From NCBI RefSeq assembly GCF_004010195.1, contig NC_057711.1, positions 79,088,500-79,152,499 of the forward strand: 64,000 nt of DNA. The letters run 5' to 3'. Source of the DNA: Chiloscyllium plagiosum (Eukaryota). This document shows positions 37,991-51,812 of the stretch, piece after piece. The notes beneath the pieces are model-generated. The model made no database searches, was not told the DNA's origin, and worked only from the letters and a program-made list of their open reading frames with translations. Position 1 is the first letter of the stretch. Every line of letters begins with the position of its first letter. The position numbers and the translations under genes were made by a program.

Positions 37991-40900
37991 GTAATATTGA
38001 CAATTGGAAAGAAAAAGTTTGGGATAGATATATATGGATCTGAAAATGTAAATACTGAGGACTTCCATAACTACTACTATGTTGACATCATGTGGATTTG
38101 TGAACGCAACAGTTTACGATCTCAAAGGAGTGATACCTAATATCTGATTCTCCTCAAAGTCTCTTAATGGCTATTATGCCAATGTAACCTATAACTGGCT
38201 GCTAAAATGGAATAAACTATATCATGTTAACTCCAGACTCTTCCAGTTAGACCAGGAAGTGTTTTTTTTCTGTACCATATTAGACGAAGCTGGCTCTATG
38301 TTTTCCGACACATGATAAATATGGTGACAGCAATCTCCATCATGAGCAGCAGCTCATACAGTGTAATGAGCAAACATGACTGCTCTGAGGCAAAAAAGGG
38401 GATAAAAATGATTTTTAAAATATAATTGTATTATTTATTTTGCAGATAAATTCAGTGACAACTACTGTATAAATATATTTACTGATGAAGCTACTTATTC
38501 AGGTTAGCTTTATGACAATGAAAGGGTTAAGTTGTCTGTGATATTCAAAAACACGTTTCTTCATCTCCAAATTGCAGCTTTAATGGCAACAAACAATTGT
38601 CAGTTTCATGTGTCCCCGGTTAGCCTTGGTGCTCACCAGTGCAACAAACTAAATTCATTCAGAGACTTACCTTATATTTCACATTGCCCTATAAACTATG
38701 ATATAACGTTATAGTATGAGCTGATTAATACCAATGCCCTTTAAGTTGTTCGAGTGACTGCCATAATGATGTGCTTCCCAAAGAAACAGCATAGCATCTC
38801 CACATTACTGATAAAGGCAAGAAGAAGAGGAAAAGACATATAATGCATGCACAATGACAGCAGCTAAAAATTATGGCCCAATTATAATGAGCATTCGCTT
38901 ATTAAATATTTTAACTTATTCTTTTTCTGTGCTTCATGCATCAGTCACAAATACATTGCCCTTTGTGTTTATTTATAACTGGATATGATTCAGAAAAATG
39001 AATGTAATAAGATGGCTTGGGAAAAAATGATCAGCAGAAGTAACAATTTGCTATCTGTAGGTATCTCAGATGGATTGCTTATTGTAGATTTGCTGGTAGA
39101 CTTAACCCACAATGCACAAACAACCATCTTTTATTACCGTCATTTCATTTAATTCTGGGATATTTATTGGGAAGACCATTCTGTAGCCTAATAAATAGAG
39201 GCAGTATACCTTTCTTCTTTCACTGGATGTAATTTTTAAGTCAAGGTAATATTGAGAAAATATTTCTTACTACCTTGTGTTATACAACACCTCTGAAACT
39301 TAAGTCAATATTAAATAGTTAAAATTCAATAAATGCATTTCATATGACACTCTTTCTATTCATCAGTAAAAGATTACCTGACAAAAAACAAGTGACATCA
39401 CCAAGGAAAATGTTATGTCACAGTGAACTAAGTCTTTTGTCAAAATTATCTCATTTTTGGATTTGCTATTGTTCCAGTCCAAAATAACATCATTAAGATC
39501 TATGCAAAGAAGAGAAGATATTTGACTTTCTGTAATGAGTATCTAAATTAACAATGAAAGACAAAGTAATGATCCTATCTCTCTTCACGTAGCAAGCACC
39601 CAAGAATTGCTTCATGCTTTTTATGACAGCCAGGTCAAAAGTAGGATTCACTACTCATCAAAAGGGACTATACACTTCCTACAAGTCCTGATAAAACATA
39701 TCACTGTAGTGTTGGAATTGTTTGAAATATGTCAAAATAATTCTCCATAAATTCAGGTGCGAAAGGTAAAAATATTGATGCAAAATAAACTTTACAATTG
39801 AGCTATTTGTGTCTTTGAATGTAAATAAAAGAGTCAGTTGCTCAAATTCAAGTCATTACTTGGCATTGCAGCATATTTCTCTGTCAAGATGTATTTGAAA
39901 GTGTTAGTGATGTACATCAAAGGACATCAACTTTCATGCTATTTTGAGACATGGTTAGAGAAGGCACTTTGATATGCAAATACCTGTACTTTGACAAGTA
40001 CTATAAAATGTTCAAACCCTTTATTTGTATTATGCTTGTACCTGATTTACTGCAGAATTCTTCTGGTTATTTTATCGATCCTATTTCTTATTTACAATGA
40101 CCAGTATCTGTTATATTTCAATTTTTGTTATTGTTCATCAAAATATTGCTTGTTAAAATATAGTATCCTAAACCTTTTTTTAAACACTGAGATCTTTCAG
40201 TATTTAACATTGTCATCATTTATGTATAAGTACATTAATATAGCAAAGATATTATGTTTATATTTATTCAGAGAAGAATGTGGACTTTTAAGTAATAAAT
40301 GATCTTGCTAAGGATTCATATGTGGCTTTGGAGTATCTGATATAAATGTTCTCTGAATGGGAATAGGCACAGTGTTATGGCTCTGATTTTACACATCAAT
40401 ATAATTGTCCTATGTTGCAAAGTGGCTCATGTGACAGTGATGTGACAAATAGGGAGATTTCTGTATTTATTTTATGTGATGTCAAATAAAGTAAATAGAA
40501 TTTAAGAATGACTTCAGCTATCAGTGCCTCTAGTAAGATTGGATTGCTCTGTGAGTTGACCAATGTACATAACTGAGTACATGCAATCAGACATAATCAA
40601 TGTTTTCAATAGACAGTGTTTGTCCTCAGCACTTTTTTTGTTGGTTTAATGCTTTGTTCAGACATGAGTTCAGTCAACTATTGCTTAGTGTTTGCAATAG
40701 CTTATTTTAAATGTTAACATATACAGACTGACAAACATTGAAAAAGATTATTCTAATCTCCCTGAAAGCAAAAACATTAAGGATAATATTTGGTTGAAGT
40801 ATACATATCTAGACATTAACACCTTATTTCAGAAAGTGTGTTCTGCCAAGCTCACATATGTTTGTTTATATCAGTAGAATGGATTTTGAATTTGAATTCC

Positions 40901-41838
40901 ACAGATGAACTGCAATATGGATCTTGAAAGTTTACAAAGACCAAACCGATTGCATTCAAAACTTCTGTTGCCTATCTGTGAGAAATGCATTTTGAAAATG
41001 GATGCACAGTTGTGGACTTATGAATTCATTTTATTGCTTTTTTAAGGATTGATCTGTTTCAGTAATTTGTTGCGAGCTTTAAATTTGGCATGGTCTGTCA
41101 ATTGTTATTACTGTATGTCAAAAATGTCATTTTGATGCACTGAGAATTATTCAGACTTTTGGGTAGGATTTTAACCAGGTGCGGGATTTGGTTGAACAGG
41201 AGTAGGATGAGTATAATATCCACCAACATCTTCTCTTTGAAGCCCTTGTTATTGCAATTGCAAGGCCTTGTCAGTTTCTGTTGTTTTGCTGTTAGCCTAA
41301 ATGCAGTTAAGTAGCCCACCTTCTTTTCAGAAGGGTGTTTTGGTGTACTTCCATAACTCAAGTTAAGATACAAATTCATCTCTTAAAGCAAGGGACTATT
41401 CACTTCACAATGTTTGGATTTCATTATTGCTAGCTGTCTATGATTCGTGGCACTAACGTTGATTCATAGATTTCTTAGCATCTGCTCTTGGCTCTTCTGC
41501 TTTTATTGATATTAACTTGTTAGCTTTTTATGTGTTTTACAATGAGCGTTCTTTATGTCTTTGATTTCTGGTGATGTTTAAATGATTGGCAGACGTTTAT
41601 TCTCCTGTTCTCTGGTTCAGCTTGAAATATTAGTCATTTTCTTTGTTTTATATGCATTTGTCAAACTCCAATGCATTAAGTCCAATTAGAATAATTCAAA
41701 TCAAGCAGGATTACAAAGTAGGGAGTGATGGAACCAGTGTGGGAAGGGAAGGGAAGAGCTAGGGGGAGAGAAGAAAATAGTCCAGGAAAATTAACGACAA
41801 ACAAAGTTGTATCAAAGTAGTCCAAAAACTACTGCTAA

Positions 41839-42411
41839 TGAGAAAAACAAACATGCTGGAAATCAGATGCAAAAACAGAAATTGCTGAAGAAACTCAGCA
41901 GATCTGGTAGCAATGTGTGGAGAGAAAGAAGAGTCAACTTTTAGGGTCTAGTGACCCTTGAGAACCAGTGTTCAAAGAATGGCCACTGGACCCAAAATGT
42001 TAACTCTGCTCTCTCTCGACAGTTGCTACCAGACCTGCTTTGTTCCTCCACTAATTTCATAGAATCATAGAATCCCTACAGGTGGAAACAGGCCCTTTGG
42101 CCCAACAAGTCCATACCGACCCTCCGAAGAGTAACCCACCCAGACCCACTTCCCCTACCCTATATTTACCCTTGACTAATGCACTTAACCTACACATCCC
42201 TGACACCATGGGCAATTTAGCATGGCCAATTCACCTAATCTGCACATCTTTGGACTGTAGGAGGAAATTGGAGCACCCAGAGGAAACCCACGCAGACGCG
42301 AGGAGAACATGCAAACTCCATATAGTCAGTCGCTTGAGGCTGGAATCAAACCCGGGTCCCTGGTGCTGTGAGGCAGCAGTGCTAACCACTGATACACTAT
42401 GTTTATTTCAG
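41839..42411. mobile_element. Older fold-back PLE mini-insertion (head-to-head pLTRs), interrupted by a SINE
   Basis: Antisense arm ~41839-41965; sense arm ~41966-42058 plus 42400-42411; TSD AAACTACTGCTAA (41826-41838) / AAACTACAGCTAA (42412-42424). Confidence 0.75.
42059..42399 (-). mobile_element. HE1/V-SINE
   Basis: Full antisense SINE with (CATAGAAT)n tail, V-domain and tRNA-like head. Confidence 0.92.
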
Positions 42412-43369
42412 AAACTACAGCTAAAGTGTTACATTACATTCTACAATGCTATTATAAGAGTGCAAATTTACTTGGAAATGTTCTTGGAAAATCTCTAGTA
42501 ATTTTGTTAATATCGTGTAATAATTTTCGGCTTTCTAGTAAGTACACAATATTTACAATGTTAAAATTATATTTGTTATCTCTATATTTACTTAGAGTAA
42601 AAAAATTGAGCACTTAACACAAAACTCATTTTTTCAGAGTCCAGGAACCTTTGGGAGTAGCTAGGGCCCTTTGTATTTAATAAGGTGTTCCACAATCCAT
42701 GGAAAACGTAGAGCCTGAACAATATTCTTGACATTTAACTGCAAGAGACTTCCAGTTCTATTGGGACCAAAAAGTTAAAGAATTTCTTTCTGAATACAGT
42801 CAAGGTAAAACTGATTGTTGTTAATGACTTGAATTGTGATTGACGACCACGGAATAATCACAGCTACATTTCAGAATCTCACCCCAGGTGTGATTAGGTA
42901 TTGAAAATAATAAGAACATTCAAAAAAGAGCATTAATAAGCAAATGGAATAAAATAGCACAATCAAAATGATTGTTATCATCTTTTTCTAAAGTTTGAAT
43001 GGCTAATAATTACATTACATAGATTGAGAAAGACAGAAAAGCATCTAAAGAAGATTGCAAAATCAAGGCTTTTGCTACTAGTGCTTAACCTGATCAAGTA
43101 CAGCTGATGTGAAGTTTAGATCAGTTGTGCACATTGCTTGGGTGTTCCAGTCACCATTTAGAGTCCAAAGTGATGCGTTTTGACCATTTTGGGGCAAGGT
43201 GTGCTGGTGAGATAGTGATGAGGGGTTTAGCCCGTGCATTGCGAATGTCATAAACAAGCAAATTAGGTCATGATGTCACTCATATTCAGCATTGAATTCA
43301 TTCCCACAGTGGGCAACATGTCAGCTTTTAACCCTTTTTAACATCACACAACCGAAACACATGTCATAA

Positions 43370-43480
43370 TATTCGAGGCTATGGGCCAAGTCCTGGAGAT
43401 TGGGATGAATATAGATGGGTCGCTGCAGATTCAACAGGCCAAAGAATTCTTCTATGCTGTCTGACTTTAAGACACTATGC
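43370..43480 (+). mobile_element. Eroded CR1 3' tail
   Basis: GGCTATGGGCCAAGT..GGCCAAAG..TCTATGCTGT resembles other CR1 ends in the window. Confidence 0.55.
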
Positions 43481-43773
43481 TCAGCAGCAGCAAGGCCACA
43501 CTCTGACCAATGCTATTGAAAATAATTGTAAAGTCTTCACATGTTGGTGTGATTTTGTTTCTAGCAGTGTGTTTTATCTGATTTGGCAATGTAAATGTTC
43601 TCCCTCCAAGCATAAGAAACTGGCTTGGATGTCACATTATTGATGAAGCCAAAGATGGTTATTACAGTTAACTATTATAGACAATCATTACACCTCTCAG
43701 GCACATTTGTGTCTGGGCTAATAGTTAGCTATTAACTAACACACCATACTTCCAATAGTGTGCCATTCTTCAA

Positions 43774-43899
43774 GTGCTACCTGGTGAAGGAGCAATGCTC
43801 CCGAAAGCTTGTACTTTCAAATAAACCTGTTGGATTATTACCTGGTGTTGTGTGATTTTTAACTTCATTCACCCTCGCCCAACACTGGTACCTCCACAT
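43774..43899 (+). mobile_element. 126-bp solo pseudo-LTR of a further PLE family, 10-bp TSD, hammerhead core mutated (CUGGUGA)
   Basis: TSD CATTCTTCAA at 43764-43773 and 43900-43909; UAC-CUGGUGA-A-GGAGC-AAU-GCUCC-C-GAAA-G-CUU^GUA at 43778-43813. Confidence 0.8.
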
Positions 43900-43984
43900 C
43901 ATTCTTCAACTGATCCACAGGGTAAGACAGAGTATGAGACCATGATACCCCCAGGTCACATGCTATAATGTAATAATGATAACA

Positions 43985-44170
43985 TGAGTTGCCAGACGAA
44001 GTGGTGGAGGCTGATACAACATTTAAAAAACACCTGAATGGGTATATGAATAGGAAGGGTTTAGAGGGCTGTGGGTCAAATGCTGGTAAATGAAACTAGG
44101 AGAGGTTAGTGTATCTGGTTGGCATGGACAAGTTGGACCCAAGGGTCTGTTTTCATTATGACTCTGTGAT
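43985..44170 (+). mobile_element. CR1 3' end fragment
   Basis: Matches 1770-1975. Confidence 0.85.
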
Positions 44171-44457
44171 TATTGAATCGACAATAAGTGTATCTATATA
44201 GACATGTTTATCTGATTTGATTATATCTGTGGGAAAGGGGAATACAATGTTTAAAAATCAATGTATATCTCCTCAGATGGCTACTTTGACCAGTTTGGCA
44301 ACAAAACTTTATCAATGCCCCATATACAGCCAAATAGCATAGCGTTTACAATACTAATATTACAAATTTCAATGTAACACTTCAGAGGTTTGACAACTTG
44401 TCTTGATCTGGCACTAAAATAACCACCTGGAGAGATATACATTGTTTTTTAAACAAA

Positions 44458-44565
44458 AGAAAATAAAGAACTGCGGATGCTGGATATCTGAAACAATAAC
44501 AGAAATTTTTGCAACATTCGTGGAGAGAAAGCAGAGTTAATAATTCAGGTCCAGTGACCCTTCTA
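44458..44565 (-). mobile_element. Eroded solo PLE pseudo-LTR
   Basis: GAACTGCGGATGCTGGA..GGAGAGAAAGCAGAGTTAA..GGTCCAGTGACCCTTC; same family as the 41839 arms. Confidence 0.7.
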
Positions 44566-45055
44566 AAACAAACCTCCTATCAATAGCATCTCATGTTCTT
44601 TTATTTTTAAAGAGAGAGAAAGATAATTATCAGTACACATCTGTAACCTTTTTTACATAATACATGCTTAGAACCAAAAATAAATGAGTTCTGAATTCTT
44701 GTCAGTTAATTCCCTATCTGTCAATCTGTACTAATAGCATTTAACACTATTAGTTGCCCAAATTCTATGTGTCAAAAATTGTTGTTCAGTTAGTCATCAA
44801 TTAGTTTTCCAAATTCTACCACCAAATTATGTGAGTTTTTTTTTAAATAGACAGCCACTGTTGCTAACCAATTGTGATTTTGCCCACAGCAGGATATGCT
44901 ACCTCATACTGCAATGTTGATTTTATATCCTTAAAATAAGCATTTTGGCATGGATATTGTGGTATTGAGTAATCATGAGTATATATTTTAAAGATTTACT
45001 GATATACTGACAATAAGACTTAATACAACATTTGTTAGCAGCTTGTTGATTTCTT

Positions 45056-45825
45056 GGTTTGTGCCACTCTCCCCACTGACCTCTCCAAACCCCTAGGTAC
45101 CTGCCCCTGCAACCGGAAAAGATATAAAACCTGCTTGAACACCACCCCCCTCACCTCCATCCAGGGCTCCAAACAATCCTTTAAGGTGAGTCAGAGGTTC
45201 ACCCACCTCTCTTCCAACCTACTTTACTGCCTCAGATGCTCCCAGTGTGGTCTTCTCTACACTGGTGAGATTGAACGTAAACTTAGGGAACGGTTTGGTG
45301 AGCATCGCAGCTGGGCCTGCAGGGACCGACTGAGCCTATGTGTCACCGCCCATTTCAATTCTCCTTCCCACTCCCTTTCTGACATGACCATCCTTGGCCT
45401 CCTCCATTGTCACAACGAACCACACCGCAAATTGGCAGAACACCTCATCTTTCGCCTGGGAAGCCTACAGCCCGGATAACTCAACATTGAATTCTCCAAT
45501 TTCAAATAACCTCCCTTCCCATCCCTGACTCCTTTCCCAGCCCCTCCCCAACCGTTCCTGCTTCCTGCCACCAACTGGTCTCATTCCTCCCATTGACCAA
45601 CCAGGTTGTACCCTCTACCTGTCTTCATCTATCTCCACTTCACCACCCTGCCTCTGTCATCCCCTTTATCTGCAGCTCCTCCCATACCCACCCCCAGTCC
45701 TGAAGAAGGGCTACACCCGAACCGCTGACTTCTCCAACTCCTGATGCTGCCTGACCTGCTATGTTCTTCCAGCCTTCTGCCTGGGTATTTTGGATCTCAG
45801 CATCTGCAGTTTTTTTTCTCTCTAA
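45056..45825 (+). mobile_element. 5'-truncated Neptune-like PLE (Cys linker, GIY-YIG, pLTR), 11-bp TSD
   Basis: ORF 45054-45479 PCNRKRYKTC...LYCLRCSQCGLLYTGE...RFGEH; TSD GTTGATTTCTT at 45045-45055 and 45826-45836; degenerate hammerhead at 45696-45730. Confidence 0.92.
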
Positions 45826-47829
45826 GTTGATTTCTTTTGGCTGTTGCAATGTGTTGTATTTTTGTGTAAGTATGATGGACTGTTACTTTAAGATTCCAAT
45901 CACGTGACATTATGACAACATCATTGTTAGGTGGATACAGCTTAGTCTAACCTTGCTGCCTTTAGAATAAACATCTCCTTAATAAAGCTCCTGCTGTTTA
46001 ACACTTTGGCTTCCTGGTCGTTCTTGGAACATGATACAATGGTTCTATAATTGCTTGGTGTTTTGTAGAGTTCTTTAGAGTCACTAAGGCATATGGGACA
46101 GATGCTCAAGGACCTTTTGCTTCTCCATGGTCTCTGCACTAAGCAGACATGCTTATGTGTAAGTGTACTTCTATCAATTATCCTTAGAATTCAGGATGAT
46201 AAAGAATTGTGCAGAGACCATGCAGAACAGGACAAGTGTCTGGAAGGGGGAGGACAAGGGGAAGATCAATAACTTATCTCAGCAGGACGCCTTATTAGAC
46301 AGAGTGTAATGAACCATTCTCCTACTTATCATGTTGAATTGTTCTGTGGATGAGTTTATGAGTCTGCTACTGTTGAAGCTTACATCACTTGATTGGTTAA
46401 ATCTGGGTAGACTCAGAGAAGAGTAAACAAAGACCTGGACACTAGAGCTAAAGCAATGAGTAGACATGTTAAAGCATGGCTAATAAACTTATTACCCAGA
46501 AACTGGTGTCATTGCTGTATAGCTCTGAGAATTGAAGTATTTAACAAAATGGCAATGAGGATGATGCAGAGAAGTCTAATTGACTGACTCCTGCACCCAT
46601 GTTATGGGAATGATAGCATTACTCAGATTTTTTTTAAGGGTGTGCAGATCATCAATGAAGAGGACTTCAGTGTGTCAATATGTGAGACTGATTTTCCTTT
46701 GAGTGCGGTACAACATATATTGACCATCATGAAAGTTCAATGTTAGGTGATTAAAAGGATAGTTCAATCAAGATTGTGATAAGCTTAGTACCACTTGAGC
46801 ATGAAAGTGTCTGTTTTAAAGGCATGGGGGTAGGACACTGGAAAACAAGGCGTCTCTTCCTGAGTTATCACAAAAGCTAAAGATTTTTTTTAAAAATACA
46901 CTATCTCCCAATGTACCTGATTTTCAAATCCAAGTAGAAGAAAACATGGACCAAGTTTCTTTATTGATCAAGAATCACAAAGAAATAACCACAGGTAAAC
47001 AATTATGTATTATGTATTGTCGACATGTCACTCTAATTGTTCAAAGGTGACACAAGTTGATTGGTTTACACTTATAAAAGAGTCAAACATACAACAACTG
47101 CCGAAGAAAGAATAAATTAGTTTGCTTCAGACTTAAAATAATTTCTGCCTCAGAGAACAGAGAGAGCTCTTGAACTTACAAACATCTGATGACTTCTCCC
47201 TAACTTGCAAAAATCCACTAGTTCAAAAACTCAAATTGTTCAGCTCTCTAGGAGCCAATCACGTAATTATTTGCATGCAGAAAGCTGGTCATTAGCCTAT
47301 CAAGCAATCATCTACTGTTGCTGGATGAAAGTCCATTTGTATATATCCCTTGGCTCCAGCTCATCTGTAAACCATTCACCATTGCTTGAGGCAGCGCTGT
47401 GCAAACATTGCTTAAAGTGATTGTCAGGTAACTTGCTTTCAAAAAATGCAGCAATCCCTCATCAGTCTTTGTTTTTGTACCACAATTAATTTCCTCATTC
47501 AGTCCAAATTAACATGTACATAAAAATAAAACAATTAAATAAAAAATAATAAATAAAATAAATCATCTTTAAGGGGAAAAATTCTAACATCAGTGTTTTT
47601 TTCATAATTTTCTCTCACTCCTGTAATAGATTACCTTTAAGATTATATCAGCTGAATCACTCCAGATTTGGGAATTATCACTGTTTCAATATGCTGCTGA
47701 CATGTCACCGCAGACAATTTCACAGTCAATGCAACCAAAGGGAGAAGCCTTACGGAGTGAGATAGAGTTGATTTCAAACTAAAGTCTCCACCAGAACACA
47801 CAGTAATTGCATCCTTCCTTATTTACCGG

Positions 47830-48265
47830 ATTTCAGAAGATTAAGGGGTACTGTCATACTCCTCACATTGACACATCAATTCCACCAGTTTCACAAACTA
47901 TGCCAAAATGTCACAGAAGCTAAAATAATCAGAAACAGATACTATCATTGAGAGAATCGATCCATCACAGTGGTAATTTTACAATGCATGAATGGTGAAT
48001 GAACTTGGACTATGTGTCAAACTTGTGACAATCAACAAAGCTATCATTCCAAACAAGCATCCACTTCTTACAATCAAAGGCCCATCAGCAGCATTTTGTG
48101 TCTCTGTGTTCACAAATAAATTTATATCAGAACTACCTACAGATAGCAGTAGTAGAGTAAGACTGAAATCTTGCAGTTTCTATTACTCAATAAGATGTGT
48201 TTCAGTACTGCAGAATACAGCATGAAGTAAGTTCAGCACCTAATGCATTCATGAAGATTGTACTG
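47830..48265 (+). mobile_element. Ty3/Gypsy RT relic
   Basis: IIERIDPSQW, LGLCVKLVTINKAIIPNKHPLLTI, YLQI and VFQYCRI..VSSAPNAF. Confidence 0.75.
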
Positions 48266-48299
48266 TCAGCATGTCTGACATCTCCTGTAACCACAGCTG

Positions 48300-48770
48300 G
48301 CATTGCATTGTCCGTGACACCAAAGGTGACTCTGGAGTTAAATCTTCAAATGTATGACTCTTCCTAGACTGAAACTAGAGATCTTTGCAACATCTGTCAA
48401 TTTATCACCTACGTTTGTGTGACACAAGTGATGACACTTTCTATTCATTGAGAGCTAATCACAGTTTGTCAAAGAGAAGTAGGCAAAGTGAACATACAGT
48501 TTTGCTGGAATTCAAGGCTTCCCCATTCCATCGACTGCATACACGTATTTTTGCAGCCACTGCGTATACCCAGAGTGATTCCACTCCCACAGGTTGGTGC
48601 ACAATCATAGATAAAGAATGATACAGCTCAATGTCCACTACCCTGCCAGGAATCATGGTGCCTTTTTTTCATGCTTCGTGTCCATTTTGCCTCCAGCATT
48701 TCAACCACAATGGCAAATTGAACTGTGGCTACAGTGACAGGTGACACAGTGCTAATAAAGTGGATACCTT
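48300..48770 (+). mobile_element. Harbinger transposase relic
   Basis: KVTLELN..TRDLCNICQF..QV, AGIQGFP, IDCIHV and YPARNHGAF. Confidence 0.7.
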
Positions 48771-48785
48771 TTCCCCAAATAATAT

Positions 48786-49278
48786 AGAGTCATAGATTCA
48801 CAGAGTTGTACAGCATTGAAACAGATCCTTCAGTCCAACTCATCCATGCCCGCCAGATATCCTAAATTAATCTAGTCCATTTTGCCAGCATTTAGCCCAC
48901 ATTCCTCTAAATTTTTCCTAATCATATACCCATCTAGATGTCACTTAAATGTTGTAATTGTACCAGTCTCCACTACTTCCTCTCGCAGTGCATTCCATAC
49001 ACAAACCACCCTCTGTGAAAAAGTTGTCCCTTAGGTCCCTTATGAATCTTATCTCTCTCACCTTAAACCTATGCCCTCTAGTTTGGACTCCCCTACCCTG
49101 GGAAAAGATCTTGGTCACTCACCCAATCCATGCTCCTCATGATTTCATAAATCTCTTTAAGGTCACCCTTTAGCTTTTGATGTTCCAGGGAAAATAACCC
49201 CAGCCTATTCATCCTCTCCATTTAACTCAAACCCTCCAACCCCTGCAACATCAGTGTAAGTCTGTTCTGAACCTTTTC
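48786..49278 (-). mobile_element. CR1 3' fragment
   Basis: Antisense to CR1 3' ends such as 1660-1975; (AGAGTCAT)-type tail. Confidence 0.88.
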
Positions 49279-50077
49279 CCATAGCAGACATCAGATTTGA
49301 ACATAAGTATAGCTTCCTGCCACATGAAATGTGGTAAAGCAGACTACCAGCATGCTGAAAAAATAAGTTCATTAGTTGGAATATGCTAGAGGAGCTTTTT
49401 ATGAGTAGACAAAGCAGGAGTCAAAATTTGCTGTAATCTGCTGGATGCTTCACAATCTCTCTATCATGCGAGAACAGCCCTTGCTACCAGCTATGCAGAA
49501 AAGTGATGAAAATGGGAACATTATGAGGAGGATGACAAGAATGATAGCTAGCAGAGGGTATCCAACTAGTACCTTTCTGGTCAGCCTGTCCTTTATTTAC
49601 TCATTCAGGTTTGACATCGGTAACAGCAAACACAATTCCACATTCATCAATAGTCCAGCAATTTACCTTCTTATATCACTAATCATCAGAGTGTGCACTT
49701 GGTCACAATGCACAAATAAAACTGTGACAAAATAAATAATTCAAATCCAAATATATGAATTGAATTATGCCTTAGTGCATGCAAACTTCAACTAGTCACC
49801 TTTGTGCACTCCCTTCTTGTCTAAAGTGTTCAGAATTTATTTGAACTACTATTACTCTTGGTTTAGTCAGAATTCCATGTTCAACATTGCATGCCCTTGC
49901 AGTACAACTCTGCATTAGGACTGGTGTGGGAACTTGTGCCCTACAAAGCCAGCATCTGCACCAGCGAATTCCCCTTCTCCAGCTGCAGACCACTCAAGCT
50001 CAATGCCTCACATGTGCCACTGTCTCTTCCATCCTCCAAATTACATCAGTATCAGCATTTTAACTCATAGAAGGGGA

Positions 50078-50330
50078 TCATAGAATCCCTACAATGTGGA
50101 TTCAGCCATTCAGCCAATCAAGTCCACATCACCCTTCCAGACAACATCCCACCCAGACTCACTGCCTAACATATCCCTGTGACTAAGCATTTCTCACAGC
50201 TAATCCACCTAGCCTGCACATCCCTGCACACTCTGGACAACTTAGCATGGCCAATCCACCGAACCAACACATCTTTGGACTGTGGGAGGACTCTGGAGCA
50301 CCCAGAATAAACCCACATGGACATGGAGGG
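50078..50330 (-). mobile_element. HE1/V-SINE fragment
   Basis: CATAGAATCCCTACA tail; CATCTTTGGACTGTGGGAGG core. Confidence 0.85.
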
Positions 50331-50736
50331 AGTGTGGAATGGCTGTCAGCAAGTTGCACAAATATTCATTGTGAGGCAGTGGCGGAGGAGTATCGGTCCA
50401 GCAGCAAAGATGGTGCCTGAGGATCGCTGACTTTGATGTTGGCTGTGTCCAATGTACACAGTGGCATGGGCATTGTCTATCATCAAAATTATTTGCAAAC
50501 AGAGAAAGATACAAGGTCAATCACATGTGGTGTTTTACACTTCTCTCTCTACTTGTACAGAAGAAATTTTGACACTATATATGGATCATAGGCTACTAGC
50601 AACACCAGTATAATAATCCATAAGGTAAATAGTTTACTTGCACAGCATGATGGATACAAAAACGACAACAGCTCAAGTTCTGAGTTGAGTATCAGCCAGG
50701 ATAGTTAACCCAATGGACTGTCTTTTGCAATATCCC

Positions 50737-51020
50737 GACAATGTGGAGGCAGAGGATTTAGCACATCAAGTCCACACTGACTTTCTAAAGTACACCTCAT
50801 CCAGACTTAACCCTACCCACCCAGCCTGCCCATCCCTGGAGACTATGTGCAATTTAGCCTGGCCAATCCACCTCACCTGCACATTCTTGGACTGTGGGAG
50901 AAAATTCATACAGACATGGGGAGAATTTACAAACTCCACACAGACATACACCCAAGACTGGAATCAAACACAGGTCCCTGGCATTGCGAGGCAGCAGTGC
51001 TAACCACTGCACCACCATGC
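50737..51020 (-). mobile_element. HE1/V-SINE
   Basis: V-domain and head GAGGCAGCAGTGCTAACCACTG. Confidence 0.87.
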
Positions 51021-51481
51021 TATCCAGATGGTTAGAATCTGCTTCAGCCACAATGCTTTAAGAAGTGCAGACTAAACAGTGAAAGCTAACTTTAAATGAT
51101 GCTAGTCACTCACAATATTGGTTCTCAGCTCAGGTGACCAGAGTGGTTAATGCTGCTTATTAGATAAAATTGATTTAAGTCTATTGAACAGTTCACTCCT
51201 CTTCAAAAATTATGACTTTTCAACAAAAATCTTTGATCCTCTCATTGATCTATGGCACAGTAGCATTGCTTTAGGGAAACAATTTTTGATTATGTTACAA
51301 TGCTCTATATTGAAGTAACATTTTAAAAGTAGGCAATTGATATAGATATTGTAAAGATTTGTAAAAAGATCTCTGGTTGCTGGAATACCGAAAAATACCA
51401 CTGGTCTATTTTAAATAGAAGCTTATTGCCATTGGAAAGCAGTTGGGAAAATATCGACATATGAGGCAAATATTTTGAATT

Positions 51482-51812
51482 ACATAGAAACATAGCAGAT
51501 AGGAGCAGGATTAAGCCATTTAACCCCTCCAGCCTTCTCCACCATCCAATATTGATCATTGAGCTCAATACCTTATGCCACACTTCTCTCTATCCCTTTA
51601 TCCCTTTAGCCACAAGAGTTATATTACTTTCATCTTGAAAATACATAATGGTTTGGCTTCAGCCACTTTCTGTGGCAGTGAATTCACTGGCTCACCATTT
51701 CCTGGGTGGAAAAATTTACTCAGCTGTAAAAGGTTTACCCATATCCTTAAACTATGACCTCTGGTTCTGGACTCCCCCACCACTGGGACAATTCTTCCTG
51801 CATTCAACTTGC
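51482..51812 (-). mobile_element. CR1 3' fragment
   Basis: VGESRTRGHSLRI and NSLPQKVAEA; (ACATAGA)n tail. Confidence 0.85.

Noticed and set aside
39991..40302. 103-aa hydrophobic ORF
   Set aside because: Composition expected from AT-rich noncoding DNA; non-ATG start and no motifs
45696..45730. Active hammerhead
   Set aside because: GAAA is GAAC and the cleavage triplet is lost; kept only as a degenerate motif
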